The position numbers were made by a program, and so were the translations under genes. 64,000 bases of DNA from an uncultured Planctomycetaceae bacterium. GTDB taxonomy: Bacteria; Planctomycetota; Planctomycetia; Planctomycetales; Planctomycetaceae. The notes beneath the pieces are model-generated. The model worked only from the letters and a program-made list of their open reading frames with translations. It made no database searches and was not told the DNA's origin. The stretch spans positions 256,001 through 320,000 of the forward strand of contig CAWFAK010000008.1 of assembly GCA_963813715.1 (NCBI GenBank). The letters run 5' to 3'. Shown here piece by piece: positions 1 to 10,213 of the stretch; position 1 is the stretch's first letter; each line of letters begins with the position of its first letter.

Positions 1-67
1 CCGCAACGGTGCCCGGGTGTTCACGCGCCGGTTGGCACCGTTCACTTTTCCATAGGGAAATCGGGTC

Positions 68-1522
68 GTGGAGAAGCGTTGGATCTGGCCGTTCGAGCTG
101 CTCGACAAGCTCGGCGAGGGCGGAATGGGCGTGGTGTACCGCGCGCGTTACGTCGTCGACAACCGCCACGTCGCCGTCAAGCTGCTCCCTCCGGACGTCG
201 CCAACTCCACCATCCTCTCGCGTTTCGAGCGCGAGCTGGAAATCCTGAAGACGCTGCGGCACCCGAATATCGTCCGCTCGTTCGGCGGCGTGTGCGAGGG
301 GAACCAGCACTTTTACGCGATGGAGCTGGTCGAAGGGGGAACGCTCGACAGGCTGCTCGAAGAGCGGGGCAAGTTTTCAGCCGACGTGGCAATTCAATTG
401 GCACTGCAGATGGCCTCGGGCCTGGCCTATGCACACGAACGGGGCGTGGTCCACCGCGACGTCAAGCCGGGGAACTTTCTGCTGACGACGGCCGGCAAGC
501 TCAAGCTGAGCGACTTCGGCCTGGCCACTGTCGAAGCCGCGACCAAAATCACGGCCGCCGGCAAAACGATGGGCACGTTCCCTTACATGGCGCCGGAACA
601 AATCCGCGGCCGCCCTCCCGTCTCGCCGCAGACCGATTTATACGCGTTGGGATGCGTGATCTTCGAGATGCTCACCGGCCGCACGCCGTTCATCGGCGAG
701 ACTCCGGCCGAGGTGATGCACAAACATCTCGATGCCAAGCCACCCCGCGTTTCCGAGTTTACTCCGGATTGCCCGATGGGACTGGAGTCGTTGGTCCGCG
801 ACCTCCTGCAGAAGGAGCCCACCGACCGGCCGGAGAGCGCTTACGTCGTCGCCAAGCGGCTGACCGATCTGGACGGTTCGGCCACCCGCACTCCGTCGCC
901 GAGACAACGCGGCGTCGACACGCCGCCGTCGCACGCGACGCTCACTCCTCCTAAGGGGATCGTAGTTCCGCCGCGCGCGGCGGAGATGCTGGAGCGTTCG
1001 ACCCGCAATAAGTGGCTGATGCCTCTGCTCTGCATCTCGCTTGCGCTGTCGGTGGCGTTGAACTTCCATACGGTGGAGACGTCGAGCCAAAAGAGGCGGG
1101 CTGAAGAGCTGTGGTTCGAGGCGTTCAAGAGCGACAATGTCGAGCTACGAAACCACGCGGCTCGGGCGCTCGGCGAGATGGCTCGCACGTCGCCCGACGC
1201 CGCCGATACGCTGGTGGCCGGGCTATCCGATTCACGCCCGGGAGTCCGTTTGAGCGCGCTCGAAGGTCTCGAGCAGGCGGGACCGGCCGCCCACGCGGCG
1301 CTGACCCCACTGATGCGGATCAAGAACACCGACGACAACGATATGGTCCGCCGCCGGGCGATCGATCTGCTGGCCACGGTTCAGGCGACGCCGGAAGGAA
1401 TGTCCGCCAAGTTCGGGCGATTTTTCTACTGGGTGCTGGGCATCCTGGTGACCGCGGGGGCTCTGTATTTTGCCTTCACCGCGCTCCGCAAGCAGATCCG
1501 CGTCGTCCGAAGCAGTCGTTGA
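68..1522 (+). CDS. Hanks-type Ser/Thr protein kinase with TM segment, HEAT-like repeats and a C-terminal TM
   Basis: LGEGGMGVVY, VAVK, HRDVKPGN, DFG and YMAPE motifs; hydrophobic LMPLLCISLALSVAL; HEAT-like 'LRNHAARALGEM' and 'VRLSALEGLEQ'; C-terminal TM followed by a basic tail. Confidence 0.93.
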   Translation: MEKRWIWPFELLDKLGEGGMGVVYRARYVVDNRHVAVKLLPPDVANSTILSRFERELEILKTLRHPNIVRSFGGVCEGNQHFYAMELVEGGTLDRLLEERGKFSADVAIQLALQMASGLAYAHERGVVHRDVKPGNFLLTTAGKLKLSDFGLATVEAATKITAAGKTMGTFPYMAPEQIRGRPPVSPQTDLYALGCVIFEMLTGRTPFIGETPAEVMHKHLDAKPPRVSEFTPDCPMGLESLVRDLLQKEPTDRPESAYVVAKRLTDLDGSATRTPSPRQRGVDTPPSHATLTPPKGIVVPPRAAEMLERSTRNKWLMPLLCISLALSVALNFHTVETSSQKRRAEELWFEAFKSDNVELRNHAARALGEMARTSPDAADTLVAGLSDSRPGVRLSALEGLEQAGPAAHAALTPLMRIKNTDDNDMVRRRAIDLLATVQATPEGMSAKFGRFFYWVLGILVTAGALYFAFTALRKQIRVVRSSR

Positions 1523-1700
1523 CGGCCACGTGCGCCCCGAGATACATTGAAATCTGGGGCTCCCGGGAAATTTAAGGGCTCCCGGCAGTTCTGCCCGGGT
1601 GCGCTGCGCAAACAGTCGGAACCCGGGTCCATAGCCGCAAGCGGCTCCCCTCGACGGCCCCTGTGACTCATGTTCTTGACCCAGAGATAACGACCGGGCC

Positions 1701-2477
<777 letters not shown>

Positions 2478-2578
2478 GGACAACGGTCGAGGCGGCCGCC
2501 GCGGACGAACTGGTTCGCCCTCTGTGGCGGACGGCTCGTCTCGGCAGCCTCCGAACATTCCACCACCAGCGAGAACTT

Positions 2579-3730
2579 ATGGCCAGTGCCACCGACGTCC
2601 GCGTGAAGCATCCCGAAAAGCGCGACAACGAGATCGATAAGATCTATCGCCAACTGATCAAGCACAACGGCTCCGACCTCCACATGCAGGTCGGCAAGCC
2701 GCCGATCCTGCGGGTGCGGGGCACACTGCGCGAGCTGCAGATGGAGCCCATCACCAAGGAGCGGATGTGGGAACTATTCGACCCGATCATCAGCGACCGG
2801 GATCGGCAGATCTACCAGGATACGGGGGGCTGCGACTTTTCCTACGTGGTGATGAGCGAGGGCGAAAGCTGGCGGTTCCGTGTCAACATGTTGATGCAGA
2901 TGGGCAACCCGGGGATGGTTTCCCGTAAGGTCGAGCGCTCGATCCCCGACTTCGAGGGGCTCTACCTGCCCCCGATCATGGAAGAGCTGTGCAAGTTCGA
3001 CCAGGGAATGATTTTGCTGGCCGGCGTTACGGGCAGCGGCAAGAGCACCACGATCGCCAGCATGTTGAATTGGGTCAACCACAACATGCGCAAACACATT
3101 TTGACGATTGAGGACCCGATTGAATTCGTTTACACGCCGGACAAGTGCCTGATCAATCAGCGCGAGGTGGGCATCGACGTCAAGGATTTCAAGATCGCGA
3201 TGAAACACGCGGTCCGCGAAGACCCTGATATCATGCTGGTGGGAGAAATGCGCGACATGGAGACGTTCGAGACGGCGCTTCACGCCGCAGAGACGGGCCA
3301 CCTCGTCTTTGGAACGATTCACGCCTCCAGCTCGCCCAGCACGGTGGGCCGTATTCTCGACCTCTTCCCAAACGAAATGCACAAAGCCCTGCGCGGCAGC
3401 ATGGTCTTCAACATGCGGGCAATCGTCGCCCAGAAGCTGCTGAAGACGATCTGCGAAGACGGCAAGGGGCCCGGCCGTGTGCCGATCGTGGAAATCATGA
3501 CCTTCAACCCGACTGTCAGAAAGCTGATTCTCGAAGGCGAAGACGAAAAGCTGCCGGCCGCCATGCGCATCGGCAAGGAGGAGGGCATGCAGCGTTTCAA
3601 TGAAAGCCTGTACGCCTTCCTGCAAAAGGATATGATCAGCCGTGCAGGAGCGTTCGAAATCTCGCCGAACGTCGAAGAGCTCAAAATGATGATCAAGGGC
3701 ATCGACGTGAAGAGTGCCGCCATTTTGTGA
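2579..3730 (+). CDS. pilT: PilT/PilU-family type IV pilus ATPase
   Basis: GSDLH, Walker A GVTGSGKSTT, TIEDPIE, REDPDIMLVGEMRD, AETGHLVFGTIH; start taken at ATG 2579. Confidence 0.9.
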   Translation: MASATDVRVKHPEKRDNEIDKIYRQLIKHNGSDLHMQVGKPPILRVRGTLRELQMEPITKERMWELFDPIISDRDRQIYQDTGGCDFSYVVMSEGESWRFRVNMLMQMGNPGMVSRKVERSIPDFEGLYLPPIMEELCKFDQGMILLAGVTGSGKSTTIASMLNWVNHNMRKHILTIEDPIEFVYTPDKCLINQREVGIDVKDFKIAMKHAVREDPDIMLVGEMRDMETFETALHAAETGHLVFGTIHASSSPSTVGRILDLFPNEMHKALRGSMVFNMRAIVAQKLLKTICEDGKGPGRVPIVEIMTFNPTVRKLILEGEDEKLPAAMRIGKEEGMQRFNESLYAFLQKDMISRAGAFEISPNVEELKMMIKGIDVKSAAIL

Positions 3731-3774
3731 GGCCACCCCGTTCGTCGGGCCGTCTGATCAGGGAGAAGCCCCGC

Positions 3775-5633
3775 GTGAAACTGCGTAGCCGTGTGAGTTC
3801 CTGGGCCGGGATGCTCGCGCTTGTCGCGCTTTTGGTCACGTTGGCCGCGCCGGTCGAGACTGCGCGGGGACAGTCGTCGAAGACCTCGGGCGATGCGGGG
3901 AAGTCGACCGCGAAGGCCGAGACGTCCTCTGCCCCCAGCACGGCAAGCGTGTCCGACCGGTTTCCTCCCAGTCCGGTCCCCTTCTACCGGGGAAATCCGG
4001 AAAACCAATCGACGGGCGTGGGTGAGTACTTCAGCCGCGTCGCGCTGATCCTGCTGGTGGGACTGCTTGTCGCCTGGATGTGGATTTGCCGCTTCGTCGA
4101 CGAAGACAGCCGCGGCCTCAAAGTACGTCCCGAGTTCTGGAATTCGATTCTTGTCGTGACGGGTGTCCTGGGTTTCATCATCGCGCTCGCCTCGCCGCTC
4201 TTCGTCGTGGGGATGGCGTCGGTGCTATTGACCTGCGGCGTGCCGTTTGGCTTTTACGTCCAGGAACGCAATCGCCGCGTTCCGGAATCGGGCAAGATCC
4301 TCACGCCTCAGCATATTCGCGGCGTCGCCATTCGGTTGTTGGCCCGCGCGGGCATCCGGTTCGGCGCGGGGGCGGCGACGACTCCTCTGCCGGGCCGCCG
4401 ATCGAGTTCATCGGAAAGTCCGACGCTAGCGGCAAGGCCGACCGCAACCGCACCAAGCAAGTCGAGAACTCCAAGGGCTATATGGCGGCCAAGGAGCTTG
4501 TCTATGACGCGATCTTGCGCCGCAGCACGGACATCCACCTCGAACCGAAAGAGGACGAGATGTCGGTGCGGCTCCGCATCGACGGCGTGATGTATCCGAC
4601 CGAGCCTTTCGATCGCGTCGTCGGCGACGCAGTGATGAACATCTTCAAGGTCCTGGGCGGAATGGACATCACCGAAAAACGCCGCGGGCAGGACGGCAGC
4701 TTCGGTGCGCGGCTCGAGCAGCGCAATATCGATTTCCGTGCCGCCACGCAGGGAACCCGCCACGGCGAAAAGCTCAGTTTGAGAATTCTCGACCAGTCTA
4801 ACTCGGTCAATACACTGGCCGGCCTGGGCATGCGGAAGAAAATGCAGGAGTCGATGCGGCAGATCGTCCACCAGCCGCACGGTTTGCTCCTGAGCTGCGG
4901 TCCCACCGGAGCCGGCAAATCGACGACGCTGTATGCCTCGCTCAAGGACGTCGACGCGTATCAACTCAACGTGATTACCGTTGAGGACCCGATCGAATAC
5001 AAGATGGCCAACGTCAACCAGATCGAAATCAACACCAAGGCCGGCCAGACCTTCGCCACCTCGCTGCGGAGCATTCTGCGGCAAGACCCCGACGTGCTGA
5101 TGATCGGGGAAATCCGCGACGGCGAAACGGCCACCATCGCCTGCCAGGCTGCAAACACGGGGCACATGGTGTTCTCGACCGTCCACGCAAACGATTCGAT
5201 CACGGCTGTTTATCGAATGCTGGAATTGGGCGTGGAACCCTTCATGGTCGCCAACTCGCTTTCGGCCGTGCTGGGACAGCGGTTGGTGCGGCGTCTGTGC
5301 AAGGAGTGCCGGGAGGCGTACAAACCGGACAAGGCCGTTTTGGAGCGACTGGAAATTCCCTCCGATCGCATCGATCAGTTTTTCCGGCCACCCTCGCAGG
5401 CAGGCGAAATGTGCCCCGAATGCAACGGCCTGGGCTACGTCGGACGGACGGGCGTGTTCGAGTTACTGGTGATCAACGATGAACTGCGCGACCTGGTCCG
5501 AGACAAAGCGGCCGCCTCCAAGGTCAAGCTGGCGGCCAAACGCAACGGAATGCTGACCATGAAGCAGGAGGGCATTCGCCTCCTGGCCCAGGGCATCACA
5601 TCGGTCGAAGAGCTGGAGCGCACGGTTAAATAG
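3775..5633 (+). CDS. GspE/PilB-family secretion ATPase with N-terminal membrane segments (frameshift near 4365-4372)
   Basis: The C-terminal frame has TDIHLEP, RLRIDG, GPTGAGKSTT, EDPIE, LRQDPDVLMIGEIRD and the CKEC/CPEC zinc motif. The N-terminal frame has a signal-like segment and about 3 TMs. The frames switch at the G-rich run 'ttcggcgcgggggcggcgac'. Confidence 0.85.
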
Positions 5634-5692
5634 CGAGCCGGGCCCCGCGCACACGTTCGGTTCCGCGCACACGTTTTCGCAAAGTCGCCACC

Positions 5693-6412
5693 ATGATCGA
5701 TGTCATCCTCCTGCTGGTCCTGGCCCTCGTCACCTGGAACGTGGCGGCAGAAGGCGCCTGGGGAGCTGCCGCGGTGTTTTTGACCGTCGTCTTCTCCGGC
5801 CTGATTGCGATGAACTTTTTCGAGCCACTGGCCAACTATCTCGAGGTGTGGACGGGGCCCGATTGGGCGATGCGACTCGACTTCATTTCCCTGCTAGTGC
5901 TCTTCGGCGGAAGCATCTTTTTGCTGCGGATGCTGGCCGAGTATCTGGTGCCCAGCTTTATCGCGGTCGAGGGCCGCCTGTATGACGTCTGCCGCTTTGG
6001 TTTCGGAGTGATGACCGGCTACGTCACCATCGCCTTCCTGCTGGCGGCCCTGCACGCCGCCCCGCTGCCCCGCGAGTTCCTGGGGTTCACTCCCGAGCGC
6101 AAGAACTTCTTCGGCATGACGGCCCCGGATCGCGAGTGGCTGGGCCTCGTGCAGTACATTTCCGAAAAGTCGATGCGCTCGTCAGAAGACCACCGCATCT
6201 TCGACGGCGCATACGTCGAAGTCGAAAACCACGTCAATCAGGTCTGGCCGACGTACATCATTCGCTACGCGTCCCGCCGCGATCTCTACGCCGCGGCCAA
6301 CGGCTCGACAACGGCAGCGCCGGGTACGCCTCCCGCGGGCGTGTCGCCGGGCGGCGGCGATCAGCCGAACGCCACGCTGGGCGGCGTTCGCGAACGCGGC
6401 AGCGGGCTCTAA
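5693..6412 (+). CDS. CvpA (colicin V production)-like membrane protein
   Basis: MIDVILLLVLALV start and four hydrophobic helices, then a soluble C-terminal region. Confidence 0.65.
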   Translation: MIDVILLLVLALVTWNVAAEGAWGAAAVFLTVVFSGLIAMNFFEPLANYLEVWTGPDWAMRLDFISLLVLFGGSIFLLRMLAEYLVPSFIAVEGRLYDVCRFGFGVMTGYVTIAFLLAALHAAPLPREFLGFTPERKNFFGMTAPDREWLGLVQYISEKSMRSSEDHRIFDGAYVEVENHVNQVWPTYIIRYASRRDLYAAANGSTTAAPGTPPAGVSPGGGDQPNATLGGVRERGSGL

Positions 6413-6507
6413 TCCCGGCGCAGTCTGTGCTCGGCCTGGCATCGACCCGGGGGGTTTCCCGGACCCGTGCGTTGTGTACGGTCGAGCGCGGCGCTCATCG
6501 ACGCCAG

Positions 6508-9500
6508 CTAGTCGATCCCGTGCTTCTTCAGCTTGCTGAAGTAGGTGCTGCGAGGGATGCCCAGCAGGCGTGCTGCGCGGGCCTTGTTACCCGAACACTT
6601 TCGTAGCGCACCGAGCAGGGCCTCGCGTTCCCAGCCCGGCGTCCCCTCGGCGCTCTGCGAACTCAGCGTGGCGCCCTCGGGAAATCCCGCCGGTTGACGG
6701 CGGCTGGTTGGCTTCGTCTCGATGATCTGCGACGGCAACCGTCCGGGTCGGCCAATTTCGGCCGGCAGATCGGCCAGCGTCACGCGATCCGACTCGGCCA
6801 GCACGACGGCCCGTTCCAGCACATTTTCCAGCTCGCGCACGTTGCCCGGCCAGCGATGCCGCTCAAGCGCCGCCAAAGCCTCGGGCTCGATGTGTGTGAT
6901 CCGTTTGCCGCACTTTTGGGCCGAACGCATCAGGAAATGGAGAGCCAGCTCGAGGATGTCCTCCGTCCGTTCGCGGAGCGGAGGCATTTGAATCGTAATC
7001 ACATTCAGCCGGTAATACAGGTCTTCGCGGAATCGGCCCTGGACGATCAGTTGTTCCAGGTCCTGGTGTGTTGCGGCGATCACGCGGACGTCGACCTGAA
7101 TTGTCTGCGAGCCGCCGACCGGCTCGAAGCACCGCTCCTGCAGCACGCGCAACAGCTTGATCTGAATGTCGAGCGAAATGTCGCCGATTTCGTCGAGGAA
7201 CAGCGTTCCGCCCGAAGCGGCCTGGAAGCGGCCAATCCGGTCGCGATGCGCACCGGTGAACGCCCCTTTCACGTGGCCGAAGAGCTCGCTCTCCAAGAGC
7301 GTGGGCGAGAGAGCGGCCGAATGGACGCAGACCATCGGCCCGCCTCGGCGCGGACTGTTTTCGTGCAGCACGCGGGCCACGAGTTCCTTGCCCGTGCCGC
7401 TTTCCCCCCGGATCAAGACCGACGATTCGCTGCCGGCGACCTTGCGGACCGTGTCGAGCACGCTGTCGATGGCCCGGCTCTTGCCCTTCATATCGCTGCG
7501 GTCGAGGTCGCCCGTTTGCTGAGTCGGCGCGGCGGTCGTTGGGTTCTGGATTTGCGAAAGCTCGGCCTGCAGGACGGCGATCTGTCGCGATTGCGTTTCA
7601 ATCCGCTCGATGCGTCGGGACAGTTCATCGTTGAGCCGTTCCAGGTCCCGATCGCTCTTGACGGTGTAGAGCGCGACGTTGGTGATCTGTCCCAGAGCAT
7701 TCAAAAACGTGAAATCTTCGCCGCTAAAGGGCGTCGAGGTTTGCTTCGCTCCCAGGAGCACCAGTCCCACGGTTTCGTTGCCGATTTGCATGCCGTGGGC
7801 CAGATCGATCCGCAACTCGCGAAGCGCCGTCTGGACGCCGGGCAGGTCGCTGCGCGAACCCAAGAGGGCCCGCTGCACGTTGCCCGATTCGACGACTGCC
7901 GGGATCAGTGGATGTTCGGGCGGAAACTGCCGCGGTAAGCTTTCGGCCCCGTAGGCCGAGATCAGTCGAAACGGCGAATCCGCGGCGGTTCGCAGATAAA
8001 GGGCCGCCCGATCGACGCCAAGCACGTCGCGGCAGGAGCTCAACATCAGCGAGGCGACGGCTTCCGGATCCGCCAGCCGGCCGACGGCCCGGTTCATCCG
8101 CTCGAGCACCGCGCCCAGCTGGTATTTCTCGCGGTAGAAGCGGCGGTCGAGCATGCCCTGAAACATGTCCCGCAGCCACAACAGCAGGATTACGGCCAGC
8201 ATCAGCACAATGGAAATGATCGCCGACTGCTGCGTGAGCGGAAACACGGTCAGGTACTGTCGCGCGAACGGGCTCAGGGCAAGCATCAGCGCAAAGGCGA
8301 CCGTCAGTCCGCAATTGGCCAGGTAATACATCACGCCCTTGGTGACGATCGTGTCGACCAGGAGCAGGCGATAACGGATGACCGTGTAGGCGTAGGAGAC
8401 GGTGAAACACAAGCCGGCCGAAAAGATCCAGACCCGCGCTCCGCCCAACGCGAAAGACTCGCGCTCAAAGAGCGCCTTGAACAGCGTCACTCCCATGCAG
8501 AATGCCGTCGCCAGGCCGGCCCCCAGCAACCACTGCAGCTGAATTTGCTCGACCGGGTTGCGCGAGCTGCGATAACTGCGAAGCACGCGGGCCATCGTGA
8601 TCACGAAATAGATCGCACCGACGACCAGTGAGCCGTAGATCCCCAGGCGAATGGCGTCCAGAAACTGACGCGTCATCGCCACGTTTGGGCGGAACAGGCC
8701 CGGCCAGCTGCAGATCGCGACCAGCGTGAGCAGACCGAGGATGCCGACGATCGGCAAACCGTAGATCAGCGCCAACGACATGCGCGGTCGCCAGACCAGG
8801 GGGAGCCACGTCCGCGGAAACACCAGGAAGAAGTGCAGGCAGACGGCGGGCAGCAACAGTGCACAAACGACGCACGGTGCCGTCAGCCAAAAACTGGCCG
8901 CCACGATCCACCAGTGATTGCTGCCCAAAAACGCGCCCAGCGTCACCAGGCACAGGCAGTAAAAGAGTTGCGATGCCCGATCGAAAGGACGGTTCCAATA
9001 GACGGCGGCCCCAATGGCGAACGCCACGGTCTGCAGCACGAACCAGACGAGCGAAAAAAGCACCTCCGAGAGGGGCAACGGCCGGATCGTGACGTAGCAT
9101 TTTTGGGCCTCCGCCAGCGTTTTGCCCTGGGGCACGAACTCGATCTCCACGATGCGCGTGCCGTCGTGGTACTGGGCCAGGGCCGGCAGCCCCTCGTTAT
9201 CGTATGGGTCGGCGCCAACCGGGAGGCCGGCATCGTTGGGAGTGGGCTCGCTTGCGAGCCGCATCTGTCCGCGTGTGAAGTCGACGAACGTATTGATCGG
9301 CCAGTCCGCCATGCCGATCAGGCGGTCACCCACGGCCGGGTGCCACTTCCCATAAACGCCCTCTTGTGGGACGGTCAGCATCACCATCCCATCGGCCACC
9401 CCATTTGGCCACGGCTTATCCGAGAGCAGGCCCCGAATTCCGAGGTCGGGGGCCGCAGCGACAATGCCCAGCACAATCATGGAATAGACAAGGATGACGA

Positions 9501-9540
9501 CCCCGCAGAACATCAGCAGAAAGGCCGTTCGCGATTTCAT
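6508..9540 (-). CDS. Membrane-embedded sigma-54-dependent transcriptional activator (TM, extracytoplasmic loop, about 8 TM, GAF, coiled coil, AAA+, Fis-type HTH)
   Basis: GESGTGKE, ESELFGHVKGAFTGA, GGTLFLDEIG, RFREDLYYRLNV, WPGNVRELEN, GNKARAARLLGI; many TM helices; GAF-like 'DRAALYL...VGLVLLG...FSGEDFTFLNAL'; start taken at MKSRTAF. Confidence 0.93.
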   Translation of the reverse strand: MKSRTAFLLMFCGVVILVYSMIVLGIVAAAPDLGIRGLLSDKPWPNGVADGMVMLTVPQEGVYGKWHPAVGDRLIGMADWPINTFVDFTRGQMRLASEPTPNDAGLPVGADPYDNEGLPALAQYHDGTRIVEIEFVPQGKTLAEAQKCYVTIRPLPLSEVLFSLVWFVLQTVAFAIGAAVYWNRPFDRASQLFYCLCLVTLGAFLGSNHWWIVAASFWLTAPCVVCALLLPAVCLHFFLVFPRTWLPLVWRPRMSLALIYGLPIVGILGLLTLVAICSWPGLFRPNVAMTRQFLDAIRLGIYGSLVVGAIYFVITMARVLRSYRSSRNPVEQIQLQWLLGAGLATAFCMGVTLFKALFERESFALGGARVWIFSAGLCFTVSYAYTVIRYRLLLVDTIVTKGVMYYLANCGLTVAFALMLALSPFARQYLTVFPLTQQSAIISIVLMLAVILLLWLRDMFQGMLDRRFYREKYQLGAVLERMNRAVGRLADPEAVASLMLSSCRDVLGVDRAALYLRTAADSPFRLISAYGAESLPRQFPPEHPLIPAVVESGNVQRALLGSRSDLPGVQTALRELRIDLAHGMQIGNETVGLVLLGAKQTSTPFSGEDFTFLNALGQITNVALYTVKSDRDLERLNDELSRRIERIETQSRQIAVLQAELSQIQNPTTAAPTQQTGDLDRSDMKGKSRAIDSVLDTVRKVAGSESSVLIRGESGTGKELVARVLHENSPRRGGPMVCVHSAALSPTLLESELFGHVKGAFTGAHRDRIGRFQAASGGTLFLDEIGDISLDIQIKLLRVLQERCFEPVGGSQTIQVDVRVIAATHQDLEQLIVQGRFREDLYYRLNVITIQMPPLRERTEDILELALHFLMRSAQKCGKRITHIEPEALAALERHRWPGNVRELENVLERAVVLAESDRVTLADLPAEIGRPGRLPSQIIETKPTSRRQPAGFPEGATLSSQSAEGTPGWEREALLGALRKCSGNKARAARLLGIPRSTYFSKLKKHGID

Positions 9541-9668
9541 GGCGGGTGCTCTCGCCGAAGAGGCGTATTGGTCGCAGGGTTCGTGGGGCGAAGAGTTGCT
9601 CGAGCCGATTGTCCGAAACACGTCCGGTAGGCTCTGTCACAAACCCCCCAGCCCCCAATCACTTGTAG

Positions 9669-9768
9669 CGTTTCGGCGCCGCGAAAGCAACGATCGGCGC
9701 CGAAGCGGCGCGACGATCGGCGCCGAAACGGGAGGACGAAGTTGCAAAGTCACTTGCAGACTTTGCAA
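9669..9768. promoter_or_regulatory. Cluster of palindromes, candidate enhancer (UAS) sites
   Basis: 13-bp inverted repeat CGTTTCGGCGCCG (9669-9681) / CGGCGCCGAAACG (9718-9730); direct repeat ACGATCGGCGCCGAA at 9690 and 9713; perfect inverted repeat TTGCAAAGTC-N7-GACTTTGCAA (9742-9768). Confidence 0.55.
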
Positions 9769-9834
9769 TAAAAATGGGGGATTTCGGCTGAAAAGGGCGT
9801 TGTTTCTCCGGTCATCGCGCGCCGAGCCACTTTC

Positions 9835-9849
9835 TGGCACGGCACGTGC
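9835..9849 (+). promoter_or_regulatory. Sigma-54 (-24/-12) promoter
   Basis: TGGCACGGCACGTGC versus consensus TGGCACG-N4-TTGC: one mismatch, exact GG-N10-GC spacing, next to a GAFTGA-bearing activator gene. Confidence 0.75.
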
Positions 9850-9860
9850 GTTACTGGAAT

Positions 9861-10093
9861 ATCGCGACGAGTTCCAATCGTCACTCGTAAGAGTGGCGAG
9901 AGCGGGATTCGGCGCTCAATTTTCGACCCAGCCTGACCCCCGAGGGTGATGTCCAGCGCGAACAAGGCCTGGTTGAGGAAGGTCCCCTGAGAGCAGCCTG
10001 ACCCACTCTGCTCATCAGTTCCCCAATCGCAAACGAACGTCCAAGGCCTTGAACGTGCACTCATTCTCGGGGGTCATTCTATGCGCACTGGGT
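9861..10093 (+). ncRNA. Candidate structured non-coding RNA (5' hairpins plus a rod of about 170 nt); family unassigned, 6S-like possible
   Basis: Hairpin TCGTCACTC-GTAA-GAGTGGCGA (9878-9899, GNRA loop); 16-bp stem 9934-9949/10061-10076; stems 9956-9960/10054-10058, 9963-9970/10044-10051 and 9987-9996/10008-10018; G-U pairs favour the + strand; no convincing ORF. Confidence 0.6.
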
Positions 10094-10213
10094 TTGGCCG
10101 CCGATGTCACGCGCCGGTCGACTGAGCGATCGCACGGCGTAGCCGGCGGCGCGATCTGACTCACTCTGCTGATATTTGCGCCCACCCTTTCAAGCGTTGC
10201 CGGTCGCCCGTCC

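Noticed and set aside
9970..10000. SRP RNA, suggested by GGAAGG...AGCAGCC
   Set aside because: The order and spacing do not form the SRP domain IV hairpin
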